Shown here: one piece after another, positions 59,181 to 64,000 of the stretch
Layout of the letters: every line of letters starts with the position of its first letter
How positions within the stretch are numbered: position 1 is the first letter of the stretch
From: Longimicrobiales bacterium
Lineage (GTDB): Bacteria; Gemmatimonadota; Gemmatimonadetes; Longimicrobiales; Gaopeijiaceae
Direction: 5' to 3'
Assembly (NCBI GenBank): GCA_965202805.1
Contig: OZ241869.1
Span: forward strand, 3,808,001-3,872,000
Length of the DNA stretch: 64,000 nt
Notes under the pieces: generated by a model
The model's input: the letters and a program-made list of their open reading frames with translations, nothing else
Told to the model about the DNA's origin: nothing
Databases searched by the model: none
Translations under genes and position numbers: made by a program

Positions 59181-59183
59181 GGC

Positions 59184-59981
59184 GTGCGGCCGAAGCGTTC
59201 CCTCGGCCAGAACTTCCTGGTGGACCCCAACCTTCAGCGGGCCATCGTCAGGGCGCTCGACGTTCAGCCCACCGACGAGGTGCTGGAGATCGGGCCCGGG
59301 ACCGGCGCGCTCACCCGCCACCTGCTGGGCCTGCCGCGCCGTCTGGTGCTTGTGGAGCTGGACCGGGAGCTGGCGGGCCGCCTCGGCGAGGAGCTGGGCG
59401 GGCGCCCCGAGGTCACCCTGGTTCGGGGGGACATCCTCGACACAGACATCGCGGCGTTGGCCGAAGACATCTCCGCGCTCAAGGTGATCGGCAACATTCC
59501 GTACAACCGCACTTCGCCGATCGTCTTCCGGCTTCTCGAACGTCCGCGGCCGGCCGAGATCGTCATCATGGTGCAGCGGGAAGTCGGCGAGCGCATGCTG
59601 GCGGCCCCGGGCTCCCGGACCTACGGCGCCCTGTCGGTGGGGGTCCGCATCGTGGCGCGGGCAGAGCGTGTCCTGCGCGTGCGGCGGACGGCGTTTCGTC
59701 CCGTCCCGCGGGTGGATTCGGTGGTGGTGCGCATCCGGCCCTTCCACCCCCCACGGATTTCCGCAAAGCGGGAGAAGGCCGTGCGCGTCCTCACCCGTGC
59801 GGCCTTTCAGCGCCGGCGCAAGCAGTTTCAGCGGATTCTACGGGATGCACCGGCCTATCGGCTCGACCGGCGGGCCGTTGCGGAGGTGGCGAAACGCAGC
59901 GGGCTCGACCTGACGCTCCGCCCCGAGGCCCTGGCGCCCGAGGACTTCGTCCGCCTTGCGGAGGTGGTGGAGGATACATGA
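59184..59981 (+). CDS. rsmA: 16S rRNA dimethyladenosine transferase
   Basis: KRSLGQNFL, EIGPG.G.LT, GNIPYN, MVQREV, F.P.P.VDS. Confidence 0.97.
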   Translation: MRPKRSLGQNFLVDPNLQRAIVRALDVQPTDEVLEIGPGTGALTRHLLGLPRRLVLVELDRELAGRLGEELGGRPEVTLVRGDILDTDIAALAEDISALKVIGNIPYNRTSPIVFRLLERPRPAEIVIMVQREVGERMLAAPGSRTYGALSVGVRIVARAERVLRVRRTAFRPVPRVDSVVVRIRPFHPPRISAKREKAVRVLTRAAFQRRRKQFQRILRDAPAYRLDRRAVAEVAKRSGLDLTLRPEALAPEDFVRLAEVVEDT

Positions 59982-60796
59982 GCGCGTCCCGGAGATCATG
60001 GGTCGAGACGGTCGCAGGCCTGCTCGGCGACGGACCGCTGCACCCGGACGAGCTCGCCCGGCGGGCGACCCGGCTGCGCGCGTTCGAGCGGGAGTCCCCC
60101 GCACTGATCGCGTCGCTGCTGGGGCCCGATCCCAGGTTTCGTCTGGACCCGGAGGGCCGCTGGCAGCTGACCCCCGGTCTGGCGGGAGTGCGTTCGTCGC
60201 TCGGTTTTCTGGACTACGCCGTGGTCGACGTGGAGACGACCGGAGGCGCGTACGAGGCGGGCCACCGCATCATCGAGCTGGCTGTCGTGGAGCTGCGTGA
60301 AGGGGTCGTAACCCGGGAATTCCAGAGTCTGGTCAACCCCGGCCGGGACATCGCGGCTTCGGTAACCCGCCTGACCGGCATCAGCGGAACCCGGGTCGCG
60401 AAGGCGCCCCGATTCCACGACATTGCCGGCGAAGTCCGCAACCGGCTCGAGGACCACGTCTTCGTGGCCCACAACGTGGACCATGACTGGGCATTCGTCG
60501 GTGGTCAGCTGCGTGAGGCGCTGGGGGACGCCCCGCGCCTGCAGAGACTCTGCACCGAGCAGCTGTCGCGCAGGTTGCTGGCGTCCCAGCGGCGCCATCA
60601 TCTCGATGCCCTGTGCGGCCGCTACGGCGTCGAGGTGCACGGGCGTCATCGGGCCCTGGGCGACGCTCGCGCGGCGGCCGAAATCCTGAAGCATCTTCTG
60701 GAGGAAACGGAGCGGCGTGGCGTCCGCGACCTTCGGGCGCTGCGCGAACTCCTCGCCCGGCCGGAGGGACGTGACCCGGTCGACGGATTGGTCTAG
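59978..60796 (+). CDS. DEDDh 3'-5' exonuclease (DnaQ-like) with a small N-terminal domain
   Basis: VVDVETTG, AHN..D, HRALGDA; ATGA overlap with rsmA; the ORF-track extension from 58043 is spurious. Confidence 0.9.
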   Translation: MSASRRSWVETVAGLLGDGPLHPDELARRATRLRAFERESPALIASLLGPDPRFRLDPEGRWQLTPGLAGVRSSLGFLDYAVVDVETTGGAYEAGHRIIELAVVELREGVVTREFQSLVNPGRDIAASVTRLTGISGTRVAKAPRFHDIAGEVRNRLEDHVFVAHNVDHDWAFVGGQLREALGDAPRLQRLCTEQLSRRLLASQRRHHLDALCGRYGVEVHGRHRALGDARAAAEILKHLLEETERRGVRDLRALRELLARPEGRDPVDGLV

Positions 60797-60806
60797 ATTT
60801 TCACTC

Positions 60807-62018
60807 ATGAACGACGAATCCCGAACCCCGGTCATCCTTGGATCCGCCCGTACCCCGATCGGCCGTTTCCTGGGCGGCCTCTCCCCGCTTCCCGGCCCCG
60901 CGCTGGGCGCCGTCACCGTGCGTGCGGCCGTGGAGCGCTCCGGCGTCGACCCGTCCGCCATCGACGAGGTGGTCATGGGAAACGTGGTCTCGGCCGGAGA
61001 GGGGCAGGCTCCTGCCCGCCAGGCGGCCGTGAACGCCGGCCTCCCCGCGACCATCCCTTCCGTGACCGTCAACAAGGTGTGCGGTTCCGGGCTGAAGGCG
61101 GTGATGCTGGCGGCGCAGGCGATCCGGGCGGGAGACGCGCGCACCGTCGTGGCTGGCGGCTTCGAGTCGATGTCCAACGTCCCCTACTACCTGCGGGGAC
61201 ATCGGGGGGGCGTGAAGTTCGGAGACCAGGAGGTGAGCGACGGCCTCATTCACGACGGCCTCTGGTGCTCCTTCGAGGGCCGCCACATGGGTGGCTACGC
61301 CGAATACACGGCGACCCGCGCCGACATCACGCGCGAGAGGGCCGACGAGTTCGCTCTGGCGTCGCACCGCAAGGCGGTGGATGCAATCGACGGAGGCCGG
61401 TTTCGGTCCGAGATCGTACCGGTGGAGGTTCCGGCCCGCCGGGGCGCGACCCTGGTCGATACCGACGAGGGGCCCCGGCGCGACACTTCGCTGGCGGCGC
61501 TGGCCAGACTGCGTCCCGCCTTTTCCCGCGACGCGCCCGAGGAGGTCGATCGGCTGGTCGTCACCGCCGGGAACGCCCCGGGGCTGAACGATGGCGGTGC
61601 CGCCATGGTCGTCGCGTCGATGGAATTCGCCCGGGCGCACGGCCTGCCGGTGGCCGCCCGCGTCACGGCCTACGCCTCGGCGGGCACCGAACCGCGCGAT
61701 CTCTTCTTCGCCCCCATCCATGCGGTGCGCAGGGTGATGGAATCGGAGGGGAGGACGGCGGACGACTACGACCTTGTTGAGATCAACGAAGCCTTCGCGG
61801 TACAGGCACTGGCGGACATCGACGCGCTCGACCTGGACCCGGCCCGGGTGAACGTGAACGGGGGCGCGGTCGCGCTGGGCCACCCCATTGGCGCTTCCGG
61901 GGCGCGCATCCTGGTGACGCTCGTGCATGCGATGGAGAACCGGGGCGCCGCGACCGGGCTCGCCACGCTCTGCCTCGGAGGCGGCAACGCGGTCGCGCTC
62001 GCGGTGGAGCGCGCCTGA
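60807..62018 (+). CDS. Acetyl-CoA C-acetyltransferase (thiolase)
   Basis: [26 protein letters not shown]. Confidence 0.96.
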   Translation: MNDESRTPVILGSARTPIGRFLGGLSPLPGPALGAVTVRAAVERSGVDPSAIDEVVMGNVVSAGEGQAPARQAAVNAGLPATIPSVTVNKVCGSGLKAVMLAAQAIRAGDARTVVAGGFESMSNVPYYLRGHRGGVKFGDQEVSDGLIHDGLWCSFEGRHMGGYAEYTATRADITRERADEFALASHRKAVDAIDGGRFRSEIVPVEVPARRGATLVDTDEGPRRDTSLAALARLRPAFSRDAPEEVDRLVVTAGNAPGLNDGGAAMVVASMEFARAHGLPVAARVTAYASAGTEPRDLFFAPIHAVRRVMESEGRTADDYDLVEINEAFAVQALADIDALDLDPARVNVNGGAVALGHPIGASGARILVTLVHAMENRGAATGLATLCLGGGNAVALAVERA

Positions 62019-62084
62019 CCGCTCGACTGCCGGACCTGGGCAGAGTCGGCGCGCCGATGCTCCCATCCGCGGGAGGCCCGAGGG

Positions 62085-62100
62085 CGGCACGGAACCTGCT
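62085..62100 (+). promoter_or_regulatory. Candidate sigma54 (-24/-12) promoter upstream of bioY
   Basis: CGGCACG-GAAC-CTGCT: GG-N10-GC spacing, 30 bp before the ATG. Confidence 0.45.
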
Positions 62101-62130
62101 CACATAGCGATAGACATGGGAGGATCAAGG

Positions 62131-62718
62131 ATGCGGACTGGAGAGTTGAGCCAGGGACAGGGAATTCTGGTACGGATGGCGTCGCTCGCCGTCGGTCGGC
62201 GGACGCTGACCGCGGCGCTCTTCGTCCTGCTCACCACCGCCGGCGCCTACGTCGCGCTGCCGGTGCCCTGGACGCCGGTCCCGATGACGCTGCAGCCGCT
62301 CTTCGTGCTCCTGTCGGGGCTGGTGCTGGGGCCGTCGGCGGGAGCGGCGAGCATGGCGGCCTACGTCCTGCTCGGGGTGAGCGGCGCACCGGTGTTCGCC
62401 TCGATCCCGGCCGGGCCGGCGGCCCTCGTCGGTCCCACGGGCGGCTTCATCCTCGCCTTTCCCCTGGCTTCGGGCCTCTGCGGATGGCTGGCGGGCCCGC
62501 GGGACTCGGGCGCCCCCCGCATCCTGTTGGCGCTGGTCGCGGGCCTGTTCGTCATCTACCTGGCGGGCGCGGCCCAGTTGTCGCTGCTCACCGGTTCCGC
62601 TCCCATGGCGGTTTTCCGCAATGCCGTGCTGCCCTTCGCGCTCGGCGACGCGATCGAACTGCTCGTGGCCATGGCGATCGCACTCCGGCTGAGATCCCGG
62701 GCTCGCGACAAGGCCTGA
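62131..62718 (+). CDS. bioY: Biotin transporter BioY
   Basis: [28 protein letters not shown]. Confidence 0.93.
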   Translation: MRTGELSQGQGILVRMASLAVGRRTLTAALFVLLTTAGAYVALPVPWTPVPMTLQPLFVLLSGLVLGPSAGAASMAAYVLLGVSGAPVFASIPAGPAALVGPTGGFILAFPLASGLCGWLAGPRDSGAPRILLALVAGLFVIYLAGAAQLSLLTGSAPMAVFRNAVLPFALGDAIELLVAMAIALRLRSRARDKA

Positions 62719-62753
62719 CACCCGGAGCGCTATTCGTGGCCGAAGGGAAGCCC

Positions 62754-63602
62754 ATGCGATGCATTGCCGTGATCGGCTCCGGAACGATGGGAAACGGCAT
62801 CGCGCACGTCGCGGCGCTGTCCGGGCTGGAGGTGGCCCTCTACGACGTGGCCGAGGAGGCGCTCGCGAGGGGAACCGCGAACATCGCGCGAAACATGGAT
62901 CGCCAACTCCGGTCCGGTCGCCTGCAGGCGGACGACAAGGCCGCCGCCCTGGCCCGCATCCATGCTACGGCCGACCTCGCGCAGGCCGTATCCGGGACGG
63001 AGCTCGTCGTTGAAGCAGTCCCCGAGGACGCCTCGCTCAAGTATCGCCTCTTCGCGGAGCTGGACCGGCTCGCTCCAGCCGGCGCGATCCTGGCCTCCAA
63101 CACATCCTCGATCTCCATCACCGCGATGGGCGCCCGCACGACCCGTCCCGACCGCGTCATCGGCATGCACTTCATGAACCCCGTGCCGGTCATGCGCCTT
63201 GTGGAGGTGGTGCGCGGGCTCCGGACCAGCGACGAGACCGTGCGGACGGTGGTGGAACTTGCGGCCCGCCTGGGCAAGACCCCGGTGGAGGTGAACGACT
63301 TCCCGGGCTTCGTCTCGAACCGCATCCTCATGCCGATGATCAACGAGGCGATCTTCGCTCTCACGGAGGGCGTCGCCGAGGCGGAGGCGATCGACGCGGT
63401 CATGCGAATGGGGATGAATCATCCCATGGGGCCGCTTGCGCTGGCCGACCTGATCGGGCTCGACACCTGCCTCGGCATCCTGGAAGTACTGCACCGGGAG
63501 CTGGGCGACGACCGCTACCGCCCCGCCCCACTGCTTCGCAAGTACGTGGCGGCCGGCTGGCTGGGCCGCAAGAGCGGGCGCGGCTTCTACTCCCATGCGT
63601 AG
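62754..63602 (+). CDS. hbd: 3-hydroxybutyryl-CoA dehydrogenase
   Basis: GSGTMGNGIA, EAVPE, SNTSS, GMHFMNPVP, HPMGP..LAD..GLD. Confidence 0.95.
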   Translation: MRCIAVIGSGTMGNGIAHVAALSGLEVALYDVAEEALARGTANIARNMDRQLRSGRLQADDKAAALARIHATADLAQAVSGTELVVEAVPEDASLKYRLFAELDRLAPAGAILASNTSSISITAMGARTTRPDRVIGMHFMNPVPVMRLVEVVRGLRTSDETVRTVVELAARLGKTPVEVNDFPGFVSNRILMPMINEAIFALTEGVAEAEAIDAVMRMGMNHPMGPLALADLIGLDTCLGILEVLHRELGDDRYRPAPLLRKYVAAGWLGRKSGRGFYSHA

Positions 63603-63697
63603 TGTACCCGGGCGCGGAACGCCGGTCGGCGGCGGTGTCCCCGGCAGCTCCACGCCTGCGCCCGCGCCCGGGATGCTCCCGTGATGTGCGGCGCTCG

Positions 63698-64000
63698 ATG
63701 ACCCCGGAAGAACGGTCCATCCGGGAGATGACCCGGGAGTTCTCGGACGGTGAAATCCGCCCGCGCTCCGCGGGCTGGGACGAGCATCGCCATCTGGACG
63801 ACGATGTCCTCGGGATGCTCGCCGAATTCGGTTTCCTCGGGATGCGCATTCCGGAAGCGTTCGGCGGTCTCGGGCTCGATCTGATCACATGCCTGGCCGC
63901 GACGGAGGAGCTCGCCCGTGGAGACGGCAGCGTGGCGCTGTCCGTGTCGATGCAGAACGGACCGGTGACCGGCCTCCTGCTCGCGCATGCGTCGGAGGAT
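63698..64000 (+). CDS. Acyl-CoA dehydrogenase (N-terminal part, runs off the window)
   Basis: Own translation: MTPEERSIREMTREFSDGEIRP...GFLGMRIPEAFGGLGLD...EELARGDGS; not in the ORF track because it has no stop in the window. Confidence 0.9.
   Translation, partial: MTPEERSIREMTREFSDGEIRPRSAGWDEHRHLDDDVLGMLAEFGFLGMRIPEAFGGLGLDLITCLAATEELARGDGSVALSVSMQNGPVTGLLLAHASED

Noticed and set aside
58043..59977. Apparent 917-aa fusion ending in the exonuclease
   Set aside because: The upstream part is an off-frame read of the PP2C and rsmA genes; the real start is ATG 59978.

Overview
High-GC bacterial core-genome window with about 61 genes, nearly all on the + strand. Only surA/ppiD and one hypothetical lie on the minus strand. 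The diderm envelope machinery and gene order suggest a Gemmatimonadota-like organism, but this is inference and no database check was run. Contents in order: uvrB (5'-truncated), tsaE, tsaB; tolQRAB-pal-cpoB, nrdR; tatC, lptD-like gene; FN3 lipoprotein; glutamate formiminotransferase, TPR, polyprenyl synthase, DUF4321-like protein, tatA; surA/ppiD; TPR, aroQ, efp, accB, accC, ftsK, lolA, OM barrel, lnt; prfA, prmC, ylbF-like gene, ino1; tmk; an accessory-looking trio (atypical S41 lipoprotein, DAACS symporter, class V PLP enzyme); ctpA, class 3 asparaginase, CMD, obgE, dprA, hemW, hrcA, dnaJ, prmA; mutS2, dnaG, zinc-ribbon protein, recJ, rsmD, coaD; a STAS/RsbW/GAF-PP2C partner-switching trio; rsmA, DEDDh exonuclease, thiolase, bioY, hbd, acyl-CoA dehydrogenase (3'-truncated). 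I saw no tRNA, rRNA, CRISPR array, IS or phage. The best leads are (1) tandem NrdR-box-like palindromes 21 bp apart in front of thymidylate kinase, with nrdR in the same window; (2) a DAACS transporter with substituted ion and substrate motifs (NMDGT->NKDGT, R397->N), coupled to a PLP enzyme lacking the desulfurase Cys and next to an atypical S41 lipoprotein; (3) sigma54-type, ECF-type and leaderless promoter candidates; and (4) TPR proteins that resemble parts of the myxobacterial sgmX/mglC-efp-accBC neighbourhood. All motif calls were made by eye.
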